Below are positions 28,184 to 38,160 of a stretch of 64,000 nucleotides of DNA, in pieces. The translations under genes were made by a program, and so were the position numbers. The notes beneath the pieces are model-generated. The model saw nothing but the letters and a program-made list of their open reading frames with translations, searched no databases and was not told where the DNA came from. Origin of the DNA: Promethearchaeota archaeon Loki_b31. Lineage in GTDB: Archaea; Asgardarchaeota; Lokiarchaeia; Sigyniarchaeales; SOKP01. The first letter of the stretch is position 1. Each line of letters starts with the position of its first letter. The stretch spans positions 1 to 64,000 of the forward strand of contig NJBI01000001.1 of NCBI GenBank assembly GCA_005222975.1, written 5' to 3'.

Positions 28184-28762
28184 ATGTTTATTTTAGATGC
28201 ATCAAATTTTAAGGAAGCTAGGATAACTATATTTCTGATTTCTATAAATGTACTTTTGTACTTTTTTTTCTCTTTAGCTTTCGAGGATTTATTTTATCAA
28301 TTGGTTCAAATTAATAGTAAAATCTTTGTCGAACTTGAAATTTGGCGCCTTTTTACTTCAATGTTTTTACACGGTGACGCTATGCACCTTTTCTCTAATA
28401 TGATCGCACTCTTGCTTTTTGGAACTTATGTTGAGCTCAATTTTTCTAAATTCGAATTCTTATTGATATACTTCATTTCAGGATTAATTGGAAATATATT
28501 TTCGTTATTTTTGTTACCTTTTAATGTAATAAGCCTAGGCGCATCTGGTGCTATTTTCGGATTGATTGGAGCTACTTTATCGTTATTAATTGTGGAAAGG
28601 GACATTCCCTTAATAATTTTAGGCTTATTTTATGTGTTTTATTTCGTATTTTCCTCGTTTTCGCCCGGAATCAACTATTTTGCTCATATTTTTGGCTTAT
28701 TAGGAGGTTTTTCAACCGGTTTTGCTTTTAAGAGGAAGAAAAAATCCTTTGAAACTTACTAA
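28184..28762 (+). CDS. Rhomboid intramembrane serine protease
   Basis: WRLFTSMFLHG...HLFSNM, GASGAIFG, AHIFGLLGG. Confidence 0.95.
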   Translation: MFILDASNFKEARITIFLISINVLLYFFFSLAFEDLFYQLVQINSKIFVELEIWRLFTSMFLHGDAMHLFSNMIALLLFGTYVELNFSKFEFLLIYFISGLIGNIFSLFLLPFNVISLGASGAIFGLIGATLSLLIVERDIPLIILGLFYVFYFVFSSFSPGINYFAHIFGLLGGFSTGFAFKRKKKSFETY

Positions 28763-28764
28763 AA

Positions 28765-29433
28765 TCATTTCTTTTTCTTTTTCTTGTTTCTCATAGCTAT
28801 TTCCATCGAAAAATCCTTAGGGCAAATGTCGTTTAAAGGGCAAATATCGCATTTAGGACGAATTGGCAAGCAAATTTCTTGTCCAAACCGCACAAATAAT
28901 CGATTTACTCTAATCCATTGATCTCGAGGAATAATTCTCTTTAATTCTTCTTCGGTTTGCCCTGGTTTAGTTGTTTTTATCCAACCTAATCTATTAGGGA
29001 TTCTATGAACATGAACATCTACTGGTATTGCTGGAATTTTAAAGGCGTATACTAATACGCAATTAGCTGTTTTAGCGCCCACCCCGGGTAGAGAAACTAA
29101 CTCTTCAAAGTCTTTTGGTACAATTCCTTGATAATCTTCTTTTATTATTCGAGAAACTTCTTTAATGCGAGCCGCTTTAACCTTATAAAAGCCTGATTTA
29201 AAAACTAACTTCTCTAAATCTTCTACGCTCGCTTCTGCGATTTCTTTTGGAGTTTTATATTTTGTAAATAAACTATTTGTAGCTTCTCTAGTATTTGAAT
29301 CTCTAGATCTTGCAGATAATATCGTAGATATTAAGATTTTAAATGGATCTTGTTTTTTTCTAGCTAACCCGTCAAGGTGAGCTTCTCCTTCTAAGGCTTG
29401 TTCAATTTGGTCTAAAATTTTGATGTAATTCAT
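28765..29433 (-). CDS. nth: Endonuclease III
   Basis: DPFKILISTILSA, LPGVGAKTAN (HhH), VDVHVHR, CLPIRPKCDICPLNDIC (4Fe-4S). Confidence 0.95.
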   Translation of the reverse strand: MNYIKILDQIEQALEGEAHLDGLARKKQDPFKILISTILSARSRDSNTREATNSLFTKYKTPKEIAEASVEDLEKLVFKSGFYKVKAARIKEVSRIIKEDYQGIVPKDFEELVSLPGVGAKTANCVLVYAFKIPAIPVDVHVHRIPNRLGWIKTTKPGQTEEELKRIIPRDQWIRVNRLFVRFGQEICLPIRPKCDICPLNDICPKDFSMEIAMRNKKKKKK

Positions 29434-29445
29434 ATTTTAGCTTGA

Positions 29446-30849
29446 TCAGCTCATCTTTTCGAAAACATAAATTTTTCTTTTTATTATTTGATTCTTTTTG
29501 GCATCGATTATAGCTCTAACTTGTCCTTTCTTGAATTGAAGCTTTCGGTTCGATTTATTTACTATTCTGTTTAGATCTAACATCGGCACTAGTTTAAAGT
29601 TGTGCTTCCTAGCTATTTCTTCAATCTTTAATTGAACTTCGCCGCCATCAATTGTATTGAAGATTGGTAATACAATACATATTCTACGCTTAGGTTTTAA
29701 AACTTTATAACCTTCTCTAAAAATAGCTTCATAAATCGAATTTAGTTTTGAATCAATAAGCTCTTTGGCTTCTATGTAGTAGGGTTTTTGTTTGTAAAAA
29801 GGTCCCAATTCTGGTTCCGTACATATCCCGTCAAAATATTCTTTGTTAAAAGAAGATGACAATTTTTTAATGTCTGCTTTTTTAACCCTTTCATTTAACA
29901 AAAGTGGAATTGGTTCCTCAAGCTCTTTTAAAAGCCAATTTAAATTACGCAAAGTATTCTTAACTTTGGTATCATCGATGTCAGAACCATAAATTTGAAA
30001 ATCCTCTATTAATGCAAATAAAAGAACCGTACCATTTCCCACAAATGGATCAAGAATTACATTCTTTTCTCTTTCTTCAAATAAATTTAAAAAATTTAAC
30101 ATTATAATGGCCAATTTTGGCGAAATACTGCTTTTAAACTCCTTAAATGGCCTTTCTTCGTCAATTTTTTTTTTAAAATTCGGATCGTCAGCCGTAAAAG
30201 TACGCGCGATATATACTCCTTCTTCTGTAAAACCAAAGATTATTTCTGCACGATCTTTATTGAATAAGCCATATTTTATCAAGTGATGGGGGAAAATTGG
30301 ATTTAAATTACCCGCTTTAATATTTTCTTCGGGATATTTATAATATAGCGATTTTTCAGCACCGATCTCTTTTAATAAGCCCATAATGGATTTATTCAAA
30401 AAAGGTAGAAAATGCTTTACCAACACATCAGAATAATAAACATCATCAAAAAGGTTTGGATAGATGGATACTGCGTAAAATATATTTTCATTTTGTATTC
30501 TTGGGAATATTTTATTAAGCGTGTTTTTTATAACCTTCAAAATTCCCTTTCTTGTAAAGTCAATCTTTTTGAATTTCTCAACTATTTTCGGAAAGCCGTC
30601 GTAGATAGTTTGTATATCGATGAAATCATATATCTCGGCGATTTTTTGACATCCTCCGAGTATATATTGAATTTTCATCAAATCGTTTACGTAATATTTG
30701 CTTTTTTGTAGCGATTCAAACTCAACTATCGCGATGTTTGCCGAATAATCGGTAATTCGTCCTTTGAATTGTGAATTTTTCAATACATTATCCAGCTCAG
30801 CTAGAGACAATTGCCAGTTCGAGCCTAAAACAAAAAGAAATCTATTCAA
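29446..30849 (-). CDS. SAM-dependent RNA methyltransferase (Trm11/TrmG10, UPF0020-like)
   Basis: ERPF...SISPKLAIIMLN, LDPFVGNGT, GSDID, ICTEPELG. Confidence 0.8.
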   Translation of the reverse strand: MNRFLFVLGSNWQLSLAELDNVLKNSQFKGRITDYSANIAIVEFESLQKSKYYVNDLMKIQYILGGCQKIAEIYDFIDIQTIYDGFPKIVEKFKKIDFTRKGILKVIKNTLNKIFPRIQNENIFYAVSIYPNLFDDVYYSDVLVKHFLPFLNKSIMGLLKEIGAEKSLYYKYPEENIKAGNLNPIFPHHLIKYGLFNKDRAEIIFGFTEEGVYIARTFTADDPNFKKKIDEERPFKEFKSSISPKLAIIMLNFLNLFEEREKNVILDPFVGNGTVLLFALIEDFQIYGSDIDDTKVKNTLRNLNWLLKELEEPIPLLLNERVKKADIKKLSSSFNKEYFDGICTEPELGPFYKQKPYYIEAKELIDSKLNSIYEAIFREGYKVLKPKRRICIVLPIFNTIDGGEVQLKIEEIARKHNFKLVPMLDLNRIVNKSNRKLQFKKGQVRAIIDAKKNQIIKRKIYVFEKMS

Positions 30850-30939
30850 AAAAAAACCTATTTATTAATTAAAAGTGGTTTAATGTGATTTTGAAAAAGA
30901 AGCATGTTATTTTTATTTTTAGGTTAGGTTAAGTTAAGA

Positions 30940-32214
30940 TTAATCTTTGTCTAAAACATAATTAATAATTTTAATAATATCTGCTTTTCGAGCTTTAGCT
31001 GGGAGGTTAATCTCCTTCGTTTTACAATAACTTTTCAATTCTTTCACGGTTAAACTATTAAGATCGGCTGGTAATTCTTCAGAGAATACTTCTGGTGTTT
31101 TTTTTTTAGTTTCTTCTGTAAATTCATCCTCATCTGGTGTAAATGAACGTTCAAATTTTTCTCCTGAAACATCTTCAATTGCGCTTATAATACCTTCTAA
31201 ATCTTCTTTCTTCCTTTTCGGTATCAAATCTAATACTTTTTCCTCTTCTTTTTCTTCTTTTACAGCTTCTTTATACTCTTTTTTTCTCTGATATCTTTCT
31301 TGTTGAATTTCTTTTAATTCGTTCATTATTGATTTATAATCATCTTTAAAATGTTTTAGACTAACATTAACTAAATCAGAAAAACTTTCCCACCTTTTTT
31401 CTTTAACAATAGAATTCGCCCAATAAAACAAATCTTTTTGTAAATCGATAGTAATCACTTGTCCTTCGGAATCAACATCTAAAGTGAGCCATCTTAATAT
31501 GTTTGCAATTATTATATCATTATCAAAAGCAGAAAACCCGTATTCTCTTCCAAGAGACGAAAATATAGATAATGTCCCAAAGGCAACGACTTTACCTTTG
31601 TAGTAATTAACGGCAACAAGCAGGGGAATCTTAGGACTATCATCTTCAATCCATTTCTGTTCTTCGAATCTATTCCTCCAGCAGTTTAAACCGCCTCTTA
31701 CTAACACCTCAACCTGTATTTTTTTTTCGTCTTCTACAAAGCCTAAGGTTGCTAACGAACAGGCGCTTGATAAAACTATCTTTTTTATGTTTTCAGTGAT
31801 ATAATGCGGTTTAAAATTTGTTAATAACGGTCTTTTTTGCAAATTAACGTAATTCACCGAGTCATTTACTTCATCTGTAACGAATTCAAATCCAAATTTA
31901 CTCACTAATTCATTTATATTGGTTCTATTTAAATATTCTCCACCTCGGGAGCCAATAATAAGTAAACTTCCGCCAGTTCTTACGTATTCCTCTAAAACCT
32001 CTATTTCTTTCGGTTTTAAGTTAACATTCTTAGGCATAGAGATAATAACTGCATCGTAAATTCGTGCTTTCTCTAACGCGTAAAAACCAGCTTCGATTTT
32101 TCCTAATTTATAAGCAGATGCAAATAAGAACTGAGTGAAATCCGAATAGCTAGAAGCTTCTAAAGTTAACATATTATTGTGACTATAGTCTAAGCCAACA
32201 GCAATGTTTTTCAT
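30940..32214 (-). CDS. GIFT (GldG/IFT52-like) domain protein with RHH-like segment and C-terminal SAP/HeH domain
   Basis: LDYSHN...EIEVLEEYVRTGGSLLI...NELVSKFGFEF...GKVVAFG...NILRWL; then VITIDLQKDL...WESFSDLVNVSL; then DLNSLTVKELKSYCKTKEINLPAKARKADIIKII. Confidence 0.75.
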   Translation of the reverse strand: MKNIAVGLDYSHNNMLTLEASSYSDFTQFLFASAYKLGKIEAGFYALEKARIYDAVIISMPKNVNLKPKEIEVLEEYVRTGGSLLIIGSRGGEYLNRTNINELVSKFGFEFVTDEVNDSVNYVNLQKRPLLTNFKPHYITENIKKIVLSSACSLATLGFVEDEKKIQVEVLVRGGLNCWRNRFEEQKWIEDDSPKIPLLVAVNYYKGKVVAFGTLSIFSSLGREYGFSAFDNDIIIANILRWLTLDVDSEGQVITIDLQKDLFYWANSIVKEKRWESFSDLVNVSLKHFKDDYKSIMNELKEIQQERYQRKKEYKEAVKEEKEEEKVLDLIPKRKKEDLEGIISAIEDVSGEKFERSFTPDEDEFTEETKKKTPEVFSEELPADLNSLTVKELKSYCKTKEINLPAKARKADIIKIINYVLDKD

Positions 32215-32409
32215 AATAAATACTTCTTTGTAGTAATTTTAATAATTTTATTCTAAAATATAATAATTTCTACTTTTATATATTTTACAATATAATTCTT
32301 ATTTTTTTACTCACTTAAAGAGAATAATAAAACCAAGTAATATTTCCATTTTATAAGATTGTAAAATGTTGATTTAGTTAAAAAAAAAAGAAAAAAAGTT
32401 AAATAAGGA

Positions 32410-33513
32410 TTAGATTTTGACAACAATGTTTTTTCTTGCTAGCAGCATTGCGATTCTTGCTTCTATAACAATTGGTAAAACGCCAACCAGAATCATAGTG
32501 AGTATGGGGTTTGCTATAAGAAAATCTCTATAACCATCTGCTAAAAAGCCAACATATTGATCGAAGATAAATGCTATAATGAACAAAAGTAGCATGTTTT
32601 TTCCCATTTCGGAAAGCACGGGGACTTTAAAATTCATTTTCTCAAATCCATAAAAGACTGCGATCAAGAATCCAGAAGCAGCTATTGCTAACAAAGCAAG
32701 AGAGGTTGTGGCGTCGTGATGCTCTGCGGATTGAATCCAGTCAAAGCAATAAAATGTTATAATCGCAATTGTAGACACTGGAAGAATTCTTTTCTTAAAC
32801 CCAACGTTAGGATCAATAGGATCAAGTTTGTACCATTGAGAAAAGCAAGTACCTGCTATCGCAATGGCGGCGTGATTAAGAGCGTTCCACGGAAATATTA
32901 GAGGTCCATCGACTGGTCCATAATGGTCAAAACCTGGGAGAAAATATAATGCAGCGTGTAAAATTAGTATGCCCATACATAAATAGATTCTATAATCCGC
33001 TTTTTTTGGAATAAGAAATACGCTTAAATAAGCTGCGAATGAGCCAATTGCCAGATTTGCGAGCGTTCCTTTGTATAGAACCTCATCCCAAGGAATAGAA
33101 CCTTCAAGGAGCAAACCCCCAATTAAACCGTCAGCCAATAAGGCTAAGCCATATAGAACAGCAACCCTTATAATACCGTGTTTCCACGCCGCGCCAATAC
33201 CTTTCTTATCTCTTCTACTAGTAAATGCGATAAAACCAACGTACCCTAATATAAACATGAATATTTGTTGGCCGATGTCTATAATAGTGATTATCGCTGG
33301 ATATCCTTTATAATATTGAAAACCATGGTTTAAAAGAGGGGGTCCTATTGGAGTAACACTACCTAAAAAATCACCCGATAACGGCCAAGTAATTACAGAG
33401 ACGATCAATAAAATAATAATTAAGCCCCGGAATTGATCTAACCACTCGTATCGTTTGTGTAATTGTTCCGTTCTTTCTGATTCAGCTTCAATCTTTTCTT
33501 CAGACATTTTCAA
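32410..33513 (-). CDS. Heparan-alpha-glucosaminide N-acetyltransferase (DUF1624/HGSNAT)-like membrane protein
   Basis: RYEWLDQFRGLII motif, FMFILG, about 10 TM, MGKNML. Confidence 0.72.
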   Translation of the reverse strand: MKMSEEKIEAESERTEQLHKRYEWLDQFRGLIIILLIVSVITWPLSGDFLGSVTPIGPPLLNHGFQYYKGYPAIITIIDIGQQIFMFILGYVGFIAFTSRRDKKGIGAAWKHGIIRVAVLYGLALLADGLIGGLLLEGSIPWDEVLYKGTLANLAIGSFAAYLSVFLIPKKADYRIYLCMGILILHAALYFLPGFDHYGPVDGPLIFPWNALNHAAIAIAGTCFSQWYKLDPIDPNVGFKKRILPVSTIAIITFYCFDWIQSAEHHDATTSLALLAIAASGFLIAVFYGFEKMNFKVPVLSEMGKNMLLLFIIAFIFDQYVGFLADGYRDFLIANPILTMILVGVLPIVIEARIAMLLARKNIVVKI

Positions 33514-33803
33514 TCATTTTTTTCGATTCATATTGATTAAATGTTAAGTTTTTTGTATGAGAATTTAAATAATTTATTTAACATTCATTTAAATAGAGAA
33601 TTATGGTTTTAGCAATGAAGATGTAATTTAAGTATACAAATTTTATAACATTTAATCTTCATATTATAAAATTAAAAAAAATACTGTAATTATTAGTTTT
33701 GATCGATATGAATTTAAAAATTTCGCTTTAAAAAAACTAACTTTATTATAAGATTACGACGAATTAAAATTAATTTTATAACTTTTATACATGTGAGCTA
33801 AAT

Positions 33804-35258
33804 ATGAAGAAAAGGGAGCTTATTTCGTTATTTTTCTTTTTATCTTTAATCTTAATCATTTTAATGGACAGTGCTTTATTCCTTCCTAATGAAGTTTTAA
33901 TTGCTGCAGATTTAGGTATATATTTTGATAGTATAGGGATCATCATTAGCGTCTATACAATCGTTAATGGAGTTTCGATACTTATGTTTGGTTATTTAAC
34001 AGATTTGATACAAAGAAAAAAGATTTTAATTTTTGCGGGGTGTTTATGGTCAATAACGGCGATACTACACATATTTATAGAAGAATTTTGGCAATTAATC
34101 CTTACTAGAATCGTTGCTGCGATTGCTGTAAGCGTAACAACTCCACTTGTAATTTCTTATTTAGCTGATATAATCTCATCGGATTCTCGTTCAAAATCTT
34201 TCGCCTTCTGGGGTTTAATATCATCTATTGGAAGTCTCGTTGCTGGAGCAATTGCTTTAGCGTTTAACGCGATTGACTATGGAGCGATTGAATTGTTAAG
34301 CATTCCTGAAAAAATTGACTTTATTGCCATTACTTATCCCGAATTTTTATACACATGGCGGTTACCGTACTTTTTCCTGGGAATTATTGCGCTTATTTTT
34401 ACTATACTGAATTTTTTTATTACCGTAGAACCTAAAAGAGCGGCAAAAGAGAAATCTTTAGAAAATGTTTTAACAAACGACGACATGCGCTATTCATATA
34501 AAATTAAATTTTCAGATTTGAAGTTTATTTTAAAAAGAAAGTCAAACTTCTTTTTAATGTTTAACTTTTTCGATGTTATTGCTTCCGGACTATTAGTAGC
34601 TTATATATTTCCTTATATTCAACTTGAAATTGGTGTTAATGTCGTTGATCTCAAGGTTATTATTTTATTATTGTTTGCGGTGGTGTTAGGATTAATCATT
34701 GGTCAGTTTGGGCTTGCACATTGGGGAGATAAAAAAGTTCAAAATGGAGATCTCTCTGGTAGGGTGAAGGTAGCGGTAATTTGTTCAATTTTAAATCTAC
34801 CATTTCTCTTATTTGCATTTGCGATGTCGCCTAATGTAACGAGCTCAACTTTCTTTTTTGGTGCTTTATTAGTCAACGATGTCGTATTTTGGGTTTTATG
34901 GTTAATTTATTGCATGTTTATAGGGCTTGGTCTTGCTTTTACAATGGGTATTGGTCCTAACTGGTATAGTTCTCTTATTGACATAAATTTTCCCGAAAAT
35001 CGCGGTACCGTGATTGCGGTGGGCTCCTTTATTGACACTATAGGGCGAGCATCAGGCGCCATTATTGGCGGCTTCGTGGTTACTATGACAGGTAGTTTTT
35101 CTGCTACAATTTTTTGGTCCACGCTAATTTTTGGACTAATTTCTATTTGCTTTTGGGTTCCACTTTTCTTTACTGCTGAAAAAGATTATTTAGAAATAAA
35201 TGAAATTATGAAAAAACGAGCGGTCTTGATAACCGATCAAGAAGTAAGAGACGAGTAA
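33804..35258 (+). CDS. MFS transporter
   Basis: GYLTDLIQRKK motif A, about 12 TM, DINFPENRGT. Confidence 0.92.
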   Translation: MKKRELISLFFFLSLILIILMDSALFLPNEVLIAADLGIYFDSIGIIISVYTIVNGVSILMFGYLTDLIQRKKILIFAGCLWSITAILHIFIEEFWQLILTRIVAAIAVSVTTPLVISYLADIISSDSRSKSFAFWGLISSIGSLVAGAIALAFNAIDYGAIELLSIPEKIDFIAITYPEFLYTWRLPYFFLGIIALIFTILNFFITVEPKRAAKEKSLENVLTNDDMRYSYKIKFSDLKFILKRKSNFFLMFNFFDVIASGLLVAYIFPYIQLEIGVNVVDLKVIILLLFAVVLGLIIGQFGLAHWGDKKVQNGDLSGRVKVAVICSILNLPFLLFAFAMSPNVTSSTFFFGALLVNDVVFWVLWLIYCMFIGLGLAFTMGIGPNWYSSLIDINFPENRGTVIAVGSFIDTIGRASGAIIGGFVVTMTGSFSATIFWSTLIFGLISICFWVPLFFTAEKDYLEINEIMKKRAVLITDQEVRDE

Positions 35259-35265
35259 AAGCATC

Positions 35266-36123
35266 CTAATCTTTAGATACTAAGATATCAACAACGATGT
35301 GGTATAAATGTGGACCATAACTTTTTACAAATCTTTTTGATAATAGCTTGCATTTATAATTACTCATTTCCGCAATTTCTTTAAATTCATTGAACAAACT
35401 TAGGTAATTTTCTTTCATAGCAACACCTTCATAATGAAAGGTTGTTCCACTCTCCTTTATTAAAGTTAAAGCCTCTTTAATAAAGTCTTTTGGAGCTGGA
35501 AAAACACCCATAATCACGCGGTCAGCTCTCACTCCAGATTTACTCAATTTAATAACCTCGGTTTTACTATCGCCATTAATTGGGATAATAATATTATCGA
35601 GACGATTAATTTTGATATTTTCAGTTAAAAATTTAAAGGATTCAAGGTTGAGTTCTATACTATATATTATTTTTGGCTTCGAATGTTTCGCGATTGGCAA
35701 AGAAAAGTATCCAATACCCGCGAACATGTCAACAATTACCTCATTTTCTTTTACTAATGTAGATAAAAATTTTCTTTCGTTCAGATTTCCCATACTAAAC
35801 ATTATCTTAGTAAAATCGAATCTATAGATAACTCCGTGTTCTTTATGTTCCACAATTGGATTATCTTCTCCCACTAAAAACACGATATTTTCTGGTGTTC
35901 TATATCTTCCTTTAATTTTGCCCATGTTTAAATAAACGGATTTAGTACTCGGTAAAAGTTCCATATACTTTTTTGCAATAAGGATTTTTTTTTCCAGCAA
36001 TACGGGATTTAATCTTATTATTATTACTCTACCTATAGATTGGAAACCTCGGGGAAGAACGGATAATTCTTCGTCGCTCAGTATTTCTCTTAACTTTTCC
36101 TTGAAGTTATCTTTAAATCCCAT
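35266..36123 (-). CDS. taw2: Trm5/TYW2 (Met10+) family tRNA-modifying SAM transferase, Taw2-like
   Basis: HKEHG, KIMFSMGNLNER, DMFAGIGYF, ADRVIMG, VKSYGPH. Confidence 0.82.
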   Translation of the reverse strand: MGFKDNFKEKLREILSDEELSVLPRGFQSIGRVIIIRLNPVLLEKKILIAKKYMELLPSTKSVYLNMGKIKGRYRTPENIVFLVGEDNPIVEHKEHGVIYRFDFTKIMFSMGNLNERKFLSTLVKENEVIVDMFAGIGYFSLPIAKHSKPKIIYSIELNLESFKFLTENIKINRLDNIIIPINGDSKTEVIKLSKSGVRADRVIMGVFPAPKDFIKEALTLIKESGTTFHYEGVAMKENYLSLFNEFKEIAEMSNYKCKLLSKRFVKSYGPHLYHIVVDILVSKD

Positions 36124-36273
36124 AAATGTTCAAAATTGTTAATTAATAAATTGAAACTAAAATCAAATCAAGTTAAATTATTATATTATATTATATCAAA
36201 CATATTATAATAATAGAAAATTTTACTATTATCTAAATATAAAATATGGTACTGAAAAATTAGTGGATAAAAA

Positions 36274-38133
36274 ATGACAAGTTTAAATGATAAAGAATAT
36301 TTAGTCGACGAGAATAAAGTATGGTTTACTGGAGGTTACTGGCCTGAAGGCGTTCCAAAGCAACTTAAGGACGTGGAAGGCATTGATATAACGCCGCTGT
36401 GGAAGGGATTTATTAAGTCTGCTGATGATTATGGAATATGGGATAGTGATATTTGTATATTTGCTTATGGTTCATACATGGAAAGAGTTAAACTAAGAAA
36501 ATTATTTGAGTACGCAAAAAAATTTGGTACATTCCTTTACCATACATTAGGTATCAGAAAAGGAGATGTCGTAGCAATTGATCTTCCTAATTCTATAAAT
36601 TTTGTTGTTGCCTATATGGGTTGTCAATATATTGGTGCAATTGTACAAGGTATTAATCCTACATATAAACCAATGGAGTTATTACATGCTCTAACAATGA
36701 CGAAGGCGAAAGTTTTAGTACTAATGGATATGCTATATATCGCAGGACCTGCTACTATCCTTCCAAAAACTAGCATAAAGTATTTAATACCTTCGAATTT
36801 TACCGATTTTTTAACTGCTGATGAGGAAACTATACAACAACTTGGAATTCCAAGTGCAAAAGATAAAATTCCTAGTGAAACAGAAGATTATAAAGTTTAT
36901 TGGATGAATCAAATAATTAAAGAAACCGAACCAAAAGATATTACCGTAGATATAGACCCATGGGCCGATCCCGCAGTATATCTTATGACAGGTGGAACAA
37001 CGGGGTTACCCAAAGTCGCTATGCTTAGTCATGCAAATCTCATCTCAAATTTATATATGATTAAACCGTGGACAAATCTCGAACCAGGTATGGTAACAAT
37101 TGGCAGCATACCTTTTTTCCATAGTTTTGGGTTAACATGTGTTATGTCGGGAGCTTTATCTTTAGGAATGCAAATGCTTCTATTTCCAAAGCCCCCTTCA
37201 GACGATGTTTTATCCGAGACAATAAATAAAATTGATGCCCCTCAAGGTATTATATATACTGGCGTTGAAATGCTATTTAAGAGATTGACTGATTATGTAG
37301 ACGAACTGGGCGTTGAGGCGTATAAAAAGAAGTATGATTTTACGGAAAAATTAAAATATGCTACACAAGGAGCGGGACCTCTCCACGATTATGTTCGCAT
37401 TCCTTTTGAAAATATCTTTTGCCCGATACGAGTTGGTTATGGTTTAACAGAAACATCTCCTGTAGTAAGTATAGCACCATTTTGGGGCCCAAATAAGTCT
37501 GGAAAGTTAGGATTACCCATCCCTGGTACCGATTGGGCTATTTTTGATTCCGAAAATTTTGAAGCTGGACCAATTTGCGATGGAACTCTTGAAAAAAATA
37601 ATTTTGGCGTAGAACATACAGGTGAAATCTGTGTTGCAGGCCCTCAAATCATGCTGGGTTATTTAGGAAAACAAAAGGAACTGGAAGATAACCTTAAAAT
37701 GTGGGGTGGAAAACGCTGGCTACTTACGGGAGATATTGGATTTATGGACGAGCACGGTTTCTGTGAAATAAGAGATAGGAAGAAATCGCTAATTAAAGTT
37801 TCTGGTCATTCTGTATATCCAAAAGAAGTCGAGGAATTAATGGGACACCATCCTGCAATAGATCAAGTTGCTGTAGCTGGATTGCCAGACGAAAGTACTG
37901 GTGAAAAGGTGAAAGCATGGGTCATATTAAAGAAAGGGTTTAAAGTTGGAAAGAATATCGAAGTAGAAGATATTAAGAAATGGTGCTTGGAAAATATGGC
38001 CAAATGGAAGAGCCCAAGACTAGTCGAGGTCGCTCGAAAACTCCCCGTGTCAATAACTGGAAAAGTACAGAGAAGAGAACTCCAAGAAAAAGATATAACA
38101 AAAATGGAAAGCGGAAAAGAAATAAAAGGTTAA
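36274..38133 (+). CDS. Long-chain fatty acid-CoA ligase
   Basis: TGGTTGLPK, GYGLTETSP, TGDIG, DRKK, GKVQRR. Confidence 0.92.
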   Translation: MTSLNDKEYLVDENKVWFTGGYWPEGVPKQLKDVEGIDITPLWKGFIKSADDYGIWDSDICIFAYGSYMERVKLRKLFEYAKKFGTFLYHTLGIRKGDVVAIDLPNSINFVVAYMGCQYIGAIVQGINPTYKPMELLHALTMTKAKVLVLMDMLYIAGPATILPKTSIKYLIPSNFTDFLTADEETIQQLGIPSAKDKIPSETEDYKVYWMNQIIKETEPKDITVDIDPWADPAVYLMTGGTTGLPKVAMLSHANLISNLYMIKPWTNLEPGMVTIGSIPFFHSFGLTCVMSGALSLGMQMLLFPKPPSDDVLSETINKIDAPQGIIYTGVEMLFKRLTDYVDELGVEAYKKKYDFTEKLKYATQGAGPLHDYVRIPFENIFCPIRVGYGLTETSPVVSIAPFWGPNKSGKLGLPIPGTDWAIFDSENFEAGPICDGTLEKNNFGVEHTGEICVAGPQIMLGYLGKQKELEDNLKMWGGKRWLLTGDIGFMDEHGFCEIRDRKKSLIKVSGHSVYPKEVEELMGHHPAIDQVAVAGLPDESTGEKVKAWVILKKGFKVGKNIEVEDIKKWCLENMAKWKSPRLVEVARKLPVSITGKVQRRELQEKDITKMESGKEIKG

Positions 38134-38160
38134 TTTTTATAATAATTTTTTTTTTAAATA

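Noticed and set aside
32351-32366. ttataagattgtaaaa identical to the start of promoter module B
   Set aside because: Single AT-rich half-site with none of the rest of the module; could be chance.
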